The notes: generated by a model from the letters alone, not told the origin. A stretch of DNA of 64,000 nt from Gammaproteobacteria bacterium (GCA_036381515.1 DASVCR010000074.1:6629-70628), one strand, 5' to 3'. Counted from the stretch's first letter, positions 54,325 to 63,424 are shown. Translations and numbers: made by a program.

Positions 54325-56450
54325 CAACGATGGTCGAGCGGCAAGCGCTGTCCATCAATCCATTCGCCGACGACATTGTCGACGATCCGCGGCGGGTCGA
54401 GTACTCGGTGCCGGGGCTCAACGAAAAGGTCGCCTCGGAGATCGTTTCCCGGATCGAAGCGCTCTGCAACCCGGACGAGCTGAGCCGGCGCCCACACCCT
54501 CGAAAGGCGTTGATCGTGCTCTCGAGACGCGCCGGCTTCGGAAAGTCGCACCTGATCGGCACCGTCTTCAGGAAACTCAGTGGCAAGGCGACGCTCGTGA
54601 ACGTGCGTCCGTTCGAGGATCCGGCGACGCGTTGGAAATCGATCCTCGATCGGGTCGTGCAGGAGCTGGATTTTCCGGACCGCTACACGGAGTCCGTTGC
54701 CGATCAGCCGACGCAGCTCGAACTCTTCGCGCACGGCGTGCTGAGCAGGATTGCCGCCGACCAGCTCGAAGCGAGCCGCGGCAGCAAGCGGGACATCGAC
54801 CGATTACGGCAACCGGCCGACCGGCTGGCAGGACTCAAGCGCCACAAGAAGTGGCGCGAGTACATCGACAACGCGACGCGCGACGGTGCATGGCTGAGCC
54901 AGGTTGAACGTCGGTTGCAGGCGAGCCAGCTGCGCCTCGATACGCCACTGCCGACGTGGCTGCGCGTGCTGTACAGCTACGCCTATCAGGGCGATGACTG
55001 GGATCTGCGCCGTTCTTGTCTCGACTGGATACAGGCGGACGCGATAGAGGACGGGACCGCCGCGGCGATCGGCATCCGTATTGCGGACCGTGTCAATCCG
55101 ATGTATGGCGCGGTCGAGCTAAACGAGCTCGCGAAGACGCGCGTGCTCGACCTCTGCCGCCTGTCGAGATTCTTTCGGCCGTTCCTGTTCTGCTTTGATC
55201 AGACGGAGATGTACGGCAACTCGCCCGAGCTCGCGGCCGCGCTGGGGACGGTGATTCACGAGCTCGTCGACGAAGGCGTGAATCACGTGGCCGTGATCAC
55301 GGCCAATGCTGACCCATGGGAGAAGCTGTTGCGGCCGCACTGGCAGAATGCCAGTCGCGACCGGCTGGATCGACCGTACTTGACGCTGGAAGGCATCACC
55401 CGCCAGCAAGGTTGCGAGCTGGCTGAGCATCGGCTCGGGCTGTTCGACATCGACCGGGCCGGAAGGGACCGCTTCTGGGCCGACCGGCGCTGGCTCGAGG
55501 AACACTTCGAGAGTAGCGCCGAGGTCAGTGTCAGGGATTTTCTCCATCGATGCTCGCACCGGTGGATGGAGTGCGTCGCCCGTCCTGACGCCGCAGTGGC
55601 GCCGGCCGAGCGGGTCCCGCTCACCGCGCTGTTCGAGAAGTACGTTGACGCCGTCAGTGCGAAACCACGCCGACTGGTCTTCGACCGGGACGCGCTCCAT
55701 TGGCTCGTTCGCCATCTGGCCGAAGGGCTTGATGGCGTCGAAGTGGGCACGCTTGGTGAGCGCCCGAAGGGCGGGCTGCCGCTATGGCGGCACGCCGGGA
55801 AGGAGTACGTGTTCGGCTTCGAGTCCGGTACGCACTGGAAGAAGTGGCATAACATCGCACGGGCGGCGCTCGGCAAAAGCGCTGAGCACGGCCGGGTTCT
55901 GGTCTACCCGCGCACGCCGGAGCTGCCGCGGATTCCGAGACCGACGTGGAACGTTGCAAAGCCGGATATCGAGCGGGCGCGTGCGACCGGCGGCCTGCTG
56001 ATCCTCGAGCTCACGAAGCACCGAGTCGTCGAACTCTATGCCGCGCACGAGATGTACGCGGATGCGCTGCAAGGCAACATCGATTGGGCTGTAGACGACG
56101 TGGTGCCGTTCCTGCGCGAGCGATTGGCCGACTTCTGGCGCGAGGTGCTCGACCCTCGCGGCGAGCCTGCACCGACTCGAGGCCCTGATTCGGTATCCCC
56201 GAGTCCGTCCGACGCCGCGCCCGCGGAGCGAAAGCGCATGAAGCGGCGGCGTCCGAACGGCGGCGAGGGCGAGCTTTCGCGTCGCGTCGTCGACGTGATC
56301 CGCAGCAGACGGTTCATGAGCCTCGATGAGTTGCTCGCGACGCTACCCGACGCGGATCGCGAGGCGGTGCTCGGCATCTGCGGCGGCACGGCCGGCATCA
56401 AGGTGCATGCCCACCCGAACCAGACGATCCTGCAATGGCAGACCGCCTGA
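54321..56450 (+). CDS. Large P-loop NTPase (STAND/AAA-like) with C-terminal winged-helix-like tail
   Basis: 709 aa. Walker A LSRRAGFGKSHLIG (about 54531-54555). Walker-B-like FLFCFDQTE (about 55182-55208). The basic linker KRMKRRRP is followed by RFMSLDELLATLPDADREAVLGI. It overlaps both neighbouring genes. Confidence 0.75.
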   Translation: MTTMVERQALSINPFADDIVDDPRRVEYSVPGLNEKVASEIVSRIEALCNPDELSRRPHPRKALIVLSRRAGFGKSHLIGTVFRKLSGKATLVNVRPFEDPATRWKSILDRVVQELDFPDRYTESVADQPTQLELFAHGVLSRIAADQLEASRGSKRDIDRLRQPADRLAGLKRHKKWREYIDNATRDGAWLSQVERRLQASQLRLDTPLPTWLRVLYSYAYQGDDWDLRRSCLDWIQADAIEDGTAAAIGIRIADRVNPMYGAVELNELAKTRVLDLCRLSRFFRPFLFCFDQTEMYGNSPELAAALGTVIHELVDEGVNHVAVITANADPWEKLLRPHWQNASRDRLDRPYLTLEGITRQQGCELAEHRLGLFDIDRAGRDRFWADRRWLEEHFESSAEVSVRDFLHRCSHRWMECVARPDAAVAPAERVPLTALFEKYVDAVSAKPRRLVFDRDALHWLVRHLAEGLDGVEVGTLGERPKGGLPLWRHAGKEYVFGFESGTHWKKWHNIARAALGKSAEHGRVLVYPRTPELPRIPRPTWNVAKPDIERARATGGLLILELTKHRVVELYAAHEMYADALQGNIDWAVDDVVPFLRERLADFWREVLDPRGEPAPTRGPDSVSPSPSDAAPAERKRMKRRRPNGGEGELSRRVVDVIRSRRFMSLDELLATLPDADREAVLGICGGTAGIKVHAHPNQTILQWQTA

Positions 56451-58399
56451 GCGTCACGGAGCTCAAGTGCGCCGTGCTCGATCAAGAGTTTCGGCGCCGG
56501 CTGATCGACGGCGAGCGGCCCGCGATCCCGTGGTGCGTTCCGTCGAATGGCGGACCGCCGGTCAAGGGCGCGTTGTTTCACAAGCTCGCGGACGCGTTCA
56601 CGCGGTGGCTGTCGAGTGCCGGGCCGCAAGGCTTGGATCTCGTGACCGCGGACGATCTTTGGCACGCGCTCTACGACCGCTTCGCCGAAGCGGACCTGAC
56701 GGAGCTCGCGGAAACCGGGCAGCTCGAGTCGGCGCTCCATATAAGCCTTTGCCTGCGCACCTTCTGCACCCGGCTCGCCTCGCTGCGGGGCTCGATCCAG
56801 GGCTTCGCCGGCTGGCAGGATCTTTTCCTCGGCATGGAGCTCCCGATCGAAGGCGTCGTGATCGCGGATACCGACTTCGCGGTGTCGGGCCGGGTCGATG
56901 CAGTGCGCGCCGACACGAAACACGGCGTCGTCGTCGTGGACTACAAGTTGTCGCGCGGCAGTCAGACGAAGCATGACCTGCTGCAGCTGGCGATCTACGC
57001 GCATCTCCTCGAAGCGATTCGGCCCGGGTTGAGCTTCGCCGGGCTGCTCGAGTACTACGATCCGGAGCTCTGCTGCATAGAGGTAGACCCCGACGACCTG
57101 CGCGCATTGTTCCGCGACGTCGTAATGCCCGTGCTCCGCGAGATGACCGACACCCGCCGTGCTGCCGAGGCGCGGCGAACGGGCATCGCGGCGCATCCGG
57201 GCGACGGAAAGGCAGCATCGCCCCAGCAACGCGGTGCGGCCGGCGATCGTGCGGCGGACGAGGCAACCGACGGCTCGGCGGAGACGGCGCAAGCGGAAAC
57301 TACGCACGCCGACACTGCACGAGCGGACGAAGAGCCCGATCTGTCTACGCTAATCGTCGAGACGTTCGCCGACTTCCGTCTCGACGTCCAGGTGGTCGGG
57401 CGCGTGAAGGCGCCGCAGCTCGTGCGCTACAAGGTGCGGCCCGCGCGCGGCGTGAAGGTCGTTTCGCTCGCTAACCGCTCCGAGGACCTGCAGGTGCGCC
57501 TCACGTTGCCGTCACCGCCGCGAATCGGACCCTGCGAGGGATACGTCAGCGTCGACATTCCGAAGAGGTGCCCTCGAACCGTTTATTGGAGCGACATCCG
57601 TTCGGCCTCCCGATCTGAGCACGGGTCCGTCGTCTTTCCGATCGGCGTCGGCGTCGAAGGCGACGTGCTGTTCGCGGACTTCGCGGATCCCAACACGTGC
57701 CACGCGATCGTCGCCGGAACCTCCGGCAGCGGCAAGAGCGAGTTCCTGAAGTCGATGTGCGCGTCGCTGCTCGCGCGCAACCGCCCCGACACGCTGCGCC
57801 TGACGTTGGTCGACCCGAAGATCCTGACCTTCGGCGCGCTGAGCCGCTTCCCGCACGTGTCGGGGCCCGTGATCAGCGACGTCGACGAAGCGATCGAGTG
57901 CCTCGAGCGCGCCGTCGCGGAGATGGAGGCGCGCTATCGTCAGCTCGCCGATGAAGGGTTCACGAATCTCGCCGAGCGGATGTGCGCGGGCCGCGCCGAC
58001 CTGCCGTTCCATGTGATCGTCTTCGACGAGTTCGCGGATCTCGTGCTCGCCGGGAAGCAGCACAAGGCGACGTTCGAGAGCTTCGTCGCGCGGCTCGCCG
58101 CGAAGGGGAGAGCCGCCGGCATTCACCTCGTGCTCGCGACGCAGCGTCCCGACAGGACGATCGTGACCGGAATCATCAAGGCGAACCTGCCGCTGAAGGT
58201 GTGTCTCAAGGTCACGAGCGCCGTCAACTCGCAGATCATCCTCGACGAGGCCGGCGCCGAGACGCTCGTCGGCAAGGGCGATCTCTTGTGCGACCGCGGA
58301 CGCGGCGTCGAGCGCGCGCAATCGCCGTTCGTCCGTCCGGACGACCTCGACGCGCTTTACGCGGAGGCGGCACGTTTCGCGGATCGGGCGACCGCCTGA
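56435..58399 (+). CDS. PD-(D/E)XK (Cas4/RecB-like) nuclease domain fused to FtsK/SpoIIIE-type DNA translocase (alpha+beta domains, no TM, no gamma domain recognised)
   Basis: The N-terminus has GRVDAV...VVVVDYKL...QLAIYAHLL (D, D/ExK, QxxxY). A low-complexity linker follows. Then come the FtsK alpha-like segment (QLVRYKVRPARGVKVVSLANRSEDLQVRL), Walker A GTSGSGKS, Walker B FHVIVFDEFADL and AAGIHLVLATQRP. It overlaps the upstream gene by 16 nt. Confidence 0.85.
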   Translation: MADRLSVTELKCAVLDQEFRRRLIDGERPAIPWCVPSNGGPPVKGALFHKLADAFTRWLSSAGPQGLDLVTADDLWHALYDRFAEADLTELAETGQLESALHISLCLRTFCTRLASLRGSIQGFAGWQDLFLGMELPIEGVVIADTDFAVSGRVDAVRADTKHGVVVVDYKLSRGSQTKHDLLQLAIYAHLLEAIRPGLSFAGLLEYYDPELCCIEVDPDDLRALFRDVVMPVLREMTDTRRAAEARRTGIAAHPGDGKAASPQQRGAAGDRAADEATDGSAETAQAETTHADTARADEEPDLSTLIVETFADFRLDVQVVGRVKAPQLVRYKVRPARGVKVVSLANRSEDLQVRLTLPSPPRIGPCEGYVSVDIPKRCPRTVYWSDIRSASRSEHGSVVFPIGVGVEGDVLFADFADPNTCHAIVAGTSGSGKSEFLKSMCASLLARNRPDTLRLTLVDPKILTFGALSRFPHVSGPVISDVDEAIECLERAVAEMEARYRQLADEGFTNLAERMCAGRADLPFHVIVFDEFADLVLAGKQHKATFESFVARLAAKGRAAGIHLVLATQRPDRTIVTGIIKANLPLKVCLKVTSAVNSQIILDEAGAETLVGKGDLLCDRGRGVERAQSPFVRPDDLDALYAEAARFADRATA

Positions 58400-58612
58400 C
58401 CCGCTGTACCGCGGCCGCCTAGTCGGCGAGCACCCGTATCCAGCCGTCCTGGCGTGACGTCAGGAACAGCGTGCCGTCGCTGCCGCGGCAGCGCGTGCCT
58501 GGGATCGCGCCGGCGGCACCGCTCGCGCAGCTGGTCTTCCCAGGACTGTCGGCAGCGACGAGCACCGACGACCGCAGCTTGACTGTCCGCACGCGTCGTC
58601 GATACTCCGCCA

Positions 58613-59893
58613 GTGGCCAAACGTACAGGCAGCGCGGATCTTCCCCTGCACGGCGGCCGGGTTCCTGCCTGGCTCGCCGCCCGCATGGCCGCACTCGGCC
58701 GGGTGATTGCCGAGGCGATCGTCCATCATTACGGCCGCGACGAGCTGCTTCGAAGACTCGCGCATCCGTTCTGGTTTCAGTCGTTCGGCGCGGTGATGGG
58801 GATGGACTGGCACTCGTCGGGCATCACGACGAGCGTCATCGGCGCGCTGAAGCGCGGGCTCGCGCCGATCGAGAACGAGCTCGGCGTCTACGTGTGCGGC
58901 GGCCGCGGCCGGCACTCGCGCCGCACGCCGTCGGAGCTTGCGAGCGTCGGCGAGCGAACGGGCCTCGCGGGCGACGCGCTCGCGCAGACGAGCCGCCTCG
59001 TCGCAAAGATCGACTCTGCGGCGGTGCAGGACGGCTACGAGCTGTACCTTCATGCGTTCATCGTGAGCGCCGACGGCGATTGGTGCGTCGTGCAGCAGGG
59101 TCTGAACGATGCACGCCGTGAAGCGCGCCGCTACCATTGGCTTTCCGAGAACCTCGAAAGCTTTCTCGACTCGCCGCACGCGGCGATCGAGGGTCGGCGC
59201 CGCGGCAAGATCGTGAACCTCGCCGATGCGCGCGCGGCAGGAAACCGCAGCGCCGCGCTCGATCTGCTGCGCGACGGCCCGGACCGGACGCTCCGCGTGC
59301 TGCGACGGCTCCGCGCGTCCGGCAACGCGACGCCGAGCCTGTTCCCCGAGCTCGAGCCTGCGCACGATCACGTCGAGCTCCGCGACGACGCCCTCGCGCC
59401 GCTGCCCCGTCTGCAGATGCCGGCACGACACGAGGTCCGTGCATCGGACGTCGTGCTGAGAAGGCTGCATGGCGCGCTCGCGGCCGCGACCGAGCGCGGT
59501 CCTCGCGATTTCAGCGACGTGCTGCTGACGCCCGGCGTCGGCGCCCGCACCGTCGCGGCGCTCGCGCTCGTCGCCGAGGTCGTTCACGGCGCGCCGTGCA
59601 GGTTCTCGGACCCCGCGCGCTTCTCGCTCGCGCATGGCGGCAAAGACGGGCATCCGTTCCCGGTTCCGCTCCACGTGTACGACGAGACGATCCGCGTGCT
59701 GAAAAGCGCCGTCGACCGCGCCAGGCTCGGCAACGCCGATCGCCTGCACGCGATACGCCGCCTCGATGCCGAGGCTCGAGCGCTCGAGCGCACGGCGAGC
59801 GGGCCGCGCTTCGACGCGTTCGTCGCTCGGGAACGCGCGCGGTCCTTCGAATACGGCGGGCGCTCCGTCCGGCGACGGCTTCACGACGAATAG
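58613..59893 (+). CDS. DUF763 domain-containing protein
   Basis: GTG start. LPLHGGRVPAWLAARMAALG...HPFWFQSFGAVMGMDWHSSGITTSVIGALK is the conserved DUF763 N-terminus. Confidence 0.85.
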   Translation: MAKRTGSADLPLHGGRVPAWLAARMAALGRVIAEAIVHHYGRDELLRRLAHPFWFQSFGAVMGMDWHSSGITTSVIGALKRGLAPIENELGVYVCGGRGRHSRRTPSELASVGERTGLAGDALAQTSRLVAKIDSAAVQDGYELYLHAFIVSADGDWCVVQQGLNDARREARRYHWLSENLESFLDSPHAAIEGRRRGKIVNLADARAAGNRSAALDLLRDGPDRTLRVLRRLRASGNATPSLFPELEPAHDHVELRDDALAPLPRLQMPARHEVRASDVVLRRLHGALAAATERGPRDFSDVLLTPGVGARTVAALALVAEVVHGAPCRFSDPARFSLAHGGKDGHPFPVPLHVYDETIRVLKSAVDRARLGNADRLHAIRRLDAEARALERTASGPRFDAFVARERARSFEYGGRSVRRRLHDE

Positions 59894-59946
59894 GGGCGGG
59901 CCCTGTTCAATCTTCGCGTCCGTGCAGCCGGGTTGCCGCCTCGAGC

Positions 59947-59971
59947 AAGCATGCTTAATATAAGCTTGCTT
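59947..59971. promoter_or_regulatory. Two 10-bp near-identical palindromic boxes AAGCwTGCTT separated by aatat (MarR-type operator candidate)
   Basis: aagcatgctt (59947-59956) and aagcttgctt (59962-59971). They sit in a short AT-rich stretch immediately upstream of the MarR reading frame. Confidence 0.55.
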
Positions 59972-60056
59972 ATCAATCACGGAAGACCCGCAGATTCCCT
60001 CGAACCAGCCCCCTGAGCGCAGCGTCGGCTTTCTGATCACCGACGTCTCGCACCTG

Positions 60057-60533
60057 TTGCGTCGGAACTTCAACCGGCGCGCGCACGCGCTCGGCTTGAG
60101 CCAGGCGCAATGGCGCGCGCTCGCGCACCTGGCGCGCAACGAGGGGCTGAAGCAGAGCGCGCTCGCGGAGCGCCTCGAGGTCCAGCCGATCACGCTGACC
60201 CGTCTGATCGACCGCATGGAGGCGGCCGGATGGGTCGAGCGGCGGCCGGATCCGAACGATCGCCGGGCAGTGCGGCTCTATCTGACGACTCAGGCGCAGC
60301 CTGTGCTCGCCGAGATGCAGCGCGCCGCGACGGGGATGCTCGACGAGGCGCTGCGCGGCCTGTCGGTCGAGGATCGGCTGCAGCTCGTCGATGCGCTCTG
60401 CAGGATCAAGCGGAACCTGTCCGACGTGGAAGGTCCGGCGGTGCCCGGCCTGGATTCAAGGAAGAAACCCGATGTCCGAAGAGCAACGAAGAAACGCGAT
60501 GCCCGAAGAGATCGTGAAAGCAGAGCCCGCTGA
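60057..60533 (+). CDS. MarR-family transcriptional regulator (5' end probably extends upstream with a non-canonical start)
   Basis: LSQAQWRALAHLARNEGLKQSALAERLEVQPITLTRLIDRMEAAGWVERRPDPNDRRAV is a canonical MarR wHTH. The frame is open from 59964 and encodes SVGFLITDVSHLL upstream of TTG 60057. There is no ATG/GTG/TTG in that stretch. Confidence 0.85.
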   Translation: MRRNFNRRAHALGLSQAQWRALAHLARNEGLKQSALAERLEVQPITLTRLIDRMEAAGWVERRPDPNDRRAVRLYLTTQAQPVLAEMQRAATGMLDEALRGLSVEDRLQLVDALCRIKRNLSDVEGPAVPGLDSRKKPDVRRATKKRDARRDRESRAR

Positions 60534-61623
60534 GGCGCCGCGCCGTCGACCGCGCGTGCTGCGCGCGGTGCTGCTCCTGCTCGGCCCCGTGCTCGTGCTC
60601 GCCGTCGGCGGCTATGTCTATTACACCGGCGGCCGTTACGTCGAGACCGACAACGCCTACGTCAAGGCCGATATCGCGGTCATCAGCGCCGACGTGTCGG
60701 GGCCGATCGTCCGGGTCGAGGTGCACGAGAACCAGCCGGTCGCCGCGGGCGACGTGCTCTTCGCGATCGACGACCGGCCGTATCGCGTCGCGCTCGAGCA
60801 GGCGGACGCGCAGCTGCGCGCGGTGACCGCGATGATCGAGAGCCTGAAGGCGCAGTATCGTCAGCGCGTCGAGGAGCTCGAGCTCGCGCGCACCGACTAC
60901 GAGTTCGCGGAGCGCGAGCTGTCCCGCGCGGTCGCGCTAGCGGCGGACGACCTCGCCTCCGACGAGGCCGTGGACCGCGCGCGTCACGAGCTCGACAGTG
61001 CCGCACGGCGAATGGAGATCGTCCAGCGCGGCCTCGAGCAGCTGCTCGCGCAACTCGGCGGCTCGCCGGAAGGAGACATCGCTCAGCAGGCGAGCTACCA
61101 GGCCGTGAAGGCCATTCGCGATGCCGCCGCGCTCGATCTCGAGCGTACCGTCGTGCGCGCGCCGTTCGACGGCATCGCGAGCAAGGTGCCGGTGGTCGGC
61201 CGGTACGTGGTTCCGGGCGCGGCCGTGATGAGCGTCGTCGCGAGCGAGCACGTGTGGATCGAGGCGAACTACAAGGAAACGGAGCTGACGTACGTCTGTC
61301 CGGGGCAGCCCGTCGAGATCCGCGTCGACACGTATCCGGACCGCGTGTGGCACGGCCGAGTCGAAAGCATCAGCCAGGCGACCGGCGCCGAGTTCTCGGT
61401 GATCCCGGCGCAGAATGCGACGGGAAACTGGGTCAAGGTGATCCAGCGCATCCCGGTGCGGATCGCCGTCGAGCATGCGGAGGAGGGACCGCCTCTGCGC
61501 ACCGGCATGAGCACGACCGTCGAGATCGACACGGGCCACGAGCGCCAACTGCCGCGTTTCATTCGCTTCGGCAATGAAGCGGTCGCCGATTCGCTCGACG
61601 CATCGGACGCGTGCAACGGCTGA
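60472..61623 (+). CDS. emrA: HlyD/EmrA-type membrane fusion protein of an MFS efflux pump
   Basis: ORF 60391..61623. ATG 60472 is preceded by AAGGAAG. It has a TM anchor followed by YVETDNAYVKADIAVISADVSGPIVRVEV...GDVLFAIDDRPY, a canonical EmrA motif. Confidence 0.9.
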   Translation: MSEEQRRNAMPEEIVKAEPAEAPRRRPRVLRAVLLLLGPVLVLAVGGYVYYTGGRYVETDNAYVKADIAVISADVSGPIVRVEVHENQPVAAGDVLFAIDDRPYRVALEQADAQLRAVTAMIESLKAQYRQRVEELELARTDYEFAERELSRAVALAADDLASDEAVDRARHELDSAARRMEIVQRGLEQLLAQLGGSPEGDIAQQASYQAVKAIRDAAALDLERTVVRAPFDGIASKVPVVGRYVVPGAAVMSVVASEHVWIEANYKETELTYVCPGQPVEIRVDTYPDRVWHGRVESISQATGAEFSVIPAQNATGNWVKVIQRIPVRIAVEHAEEGPPLRTGMSTTVEIDTGHERQLPRFIRFGNEAVADSLDASDACNG

Positions 61624-61702
61624 TGTTTCTGCGTGCGCCGCGGCGGATTCTGCACGGACGCGGCGCAAGGCCGGCTCGACGAAGCGTTGCCGCAGGTCCT
61701 CG

Positions 61703-63232
61703 ATGAGCTCCACACCGGCAGTCCCGCACCGCGGCATGATCACGTTCTCGATCATGCTCGCGACGATCATGCAGGTCGTCGACATGACGATCGTGAACGT
61801 CGCGCTGCCGCACATGCAGGGCAGCATGTCGGCGACGCAGGATCAGATCGCGTGGGTGCTGACGTCGTACATCGTCGCGGCGGCGATCGCGACGCCTCTG
61901 ACCGGCGTGCTCGCGGGCCGCTTCGGGCGGAAGCGCCTGTTCGTCACGAGCGTCGTCGGCTTCACGATCGCATCGATGCTGTGCGGCGCGGCGACGTCGC
62001 TCGAGCAGATCGTCGTCTACCGCGTCGTCCAGGGCATGATGGGCGCGGCGCTCGTGCCGCTGTCGCAGGCCGTGCTGCTCGATACGTATCCGCGCGAGAG
62101 GCACGGCTCGGCGATGGCGCTGTGGGGCATGGGCGTGATGGTCGGGCCGATCGTCGGGCCGACGCTCGGCGGCTGGCTCACCGAGTACTACAGCTGGCGC
62201 TGGACCTTCTACATCAACGTGCCGCTCGGCACGCTCGCGCTGCTCGGCGTGCTGGCGTTCCTGCCGGAGACCGAGGGGCGGTCCGGCCGCTTCGACTACT
62301 TCGGCTTCGCGCTGCTCGCGCTCGCGATCGGCGCGCTGCAGCTGATGCTCGACCGCGGCGAGACGGCGGACTGGTTCGCGTCGCGCGAGATCGTTCTCGA
62401 GGCCGTGGTGTCGGGGCTCGCGCTCTATCTCTTCGTCGTGCACATGTTCACGGCGAAGGAGCCGTTCCTCGAGCCCCGTCTCTTCAAGGACCGCAATTTC
62501 GTCGCCGGACTGATGCTGATGTTCACGGTCGGCGTGATGCTGCTCGCGACGCTCGCGCTGCTGCCGCCGTTCCTGCAGAGCCTTCTCGACTTCCCAGTCG
62601 TCACGGCCGGCGTCGTGCTCGCGCCCCGCGGCGTGGGCACGATGGTCGCGATGCTCGTCGTCGGCCGCCTGATCGGCCGGGTCGACACGCGCGGCCTCGT
62701 GCTGTTCGGGCTCGCCGCGACCGCGTACTCGCTGTGGGAGATGACGCTGTTCACGATGGACGTCGGCGTCGCCGAGATCGTCTATACCGGCGTCGTTCAG
62801 GGCGTCGGGCTCGGCTTCATTTTCGTGCCGCTGACGACGATGGCGTTCTCGACGCTCGACCCGGCGCTCAGGAACGAGGGCACCGCGATGTTCAGCTTGA
62901 TCCGCAACATCGGCAGCAGCATCGGCATCTCGCTGTTCGTGACGCTCCTCGGTCAGCGGACGCAAGTCTCGCACGCCGGGCTCGCCGAGCAGGTCACGCC
63001 GTTCCGCGACGTGCTGCGCGCACCGTGGCTGCCGGATGTGTGGGACTTCACGACGCGGACGGGGGCGGTTGCGCTCGACGGCGAGGTCACGAGGCAGGCG
63101 TTGATGATGGCTTACCTCGACGACTTCCGGATCATGATGCTCGTGACGCTGCTGGCCGCGCCGTTGCTGCTGCTCGTGCGGAGCCCTTCTAGTCGCGCGA
63201 ACGCGACCGTCCGGAAGAAAGACGTTTCATGA
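61703..63232 (+). CDS. emrB: DHA2-family MFS drug efflux transporter (EmrB/QacA type, 14 TM)
   Basis: ORF 61574..63232, ATG 61703 (alternatively 61736). IMLATIMQVVDMTIVNVALPHMQGSM and GRFGRKRLF motifs. Confidence 0.9.
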   Translation: MSSTPAVPHRGMITFSIMLATIMQVVDMTIVNVALPHMQGSMSATQDQIAWVLTSYIVAAAIATPLTGVLAGRFGRKRLFVTSVVGFTIASMLCGAATSLEQIVVYRVVQGMMGAALVPLSQAVLLDTYPRERHGSAMALWGMGVMVGPIVGPTLGGWLTEYYSWRWTFYINVPLGTLALLGVLAFLPETEGRSGRFDYFGFALLALAIGALQLMLDRGETADWFASREIVLEAVVSGLALYLFVVHMFTAKEPFLEPRLFKDRNFVAGLMLMFTVGVMLLATLALLPPFLQSLLDFPVVTAGVVLAPRGVGTMVAMLVVGRLIGRVDTRGLVLFGLAATAYSLWEMTLFTMDVGVAEIVYTGVVQGVGLGFIFVPLTTMAFSTLDPALRNEGTAMFSLIRNIGSSIGISLFVTLLGQRTQVSHAGLAEQVTPFRDVLRAPWLPDVWDFTTRTGAVALDGEVTRQALMMAYLDDFRIMMLVTLLAAPLLLLVRSPSSRANATVRKKDVS

Positions 63233-63424
63233 CGGCGTGTGGCGCGCAAGCGCGCTGGACGTCATTGACGTGACACGGCTGCGCGTGCAACGCGCCGGGA
63301 TCTGTGGTCGCGCAATAGCGATCACGCTCGGTGTCCCAGGCCCGGTTTCTAGGCATCGTTCCCCATGCACCCGGCTGGCATCGCGCTTGCATCGCTTCAT
63401 GGCGAACGAAGCGAGGAGAAAGCG

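Noticed and set aside
58419-58694. 91-aa minus-strand ORF whose C-terminus (GSDGTLFLTSRQDGWIRVLAD) resembles the last blade of a beta-propeller such as the 19837-21216 dehydrogenase
   Set aside because: It is too short. The rest of the ORF is Arg/Ala-rich and overlaps the DUF763 start. At best it is a gene remnant, and I cannot support it as a feature.
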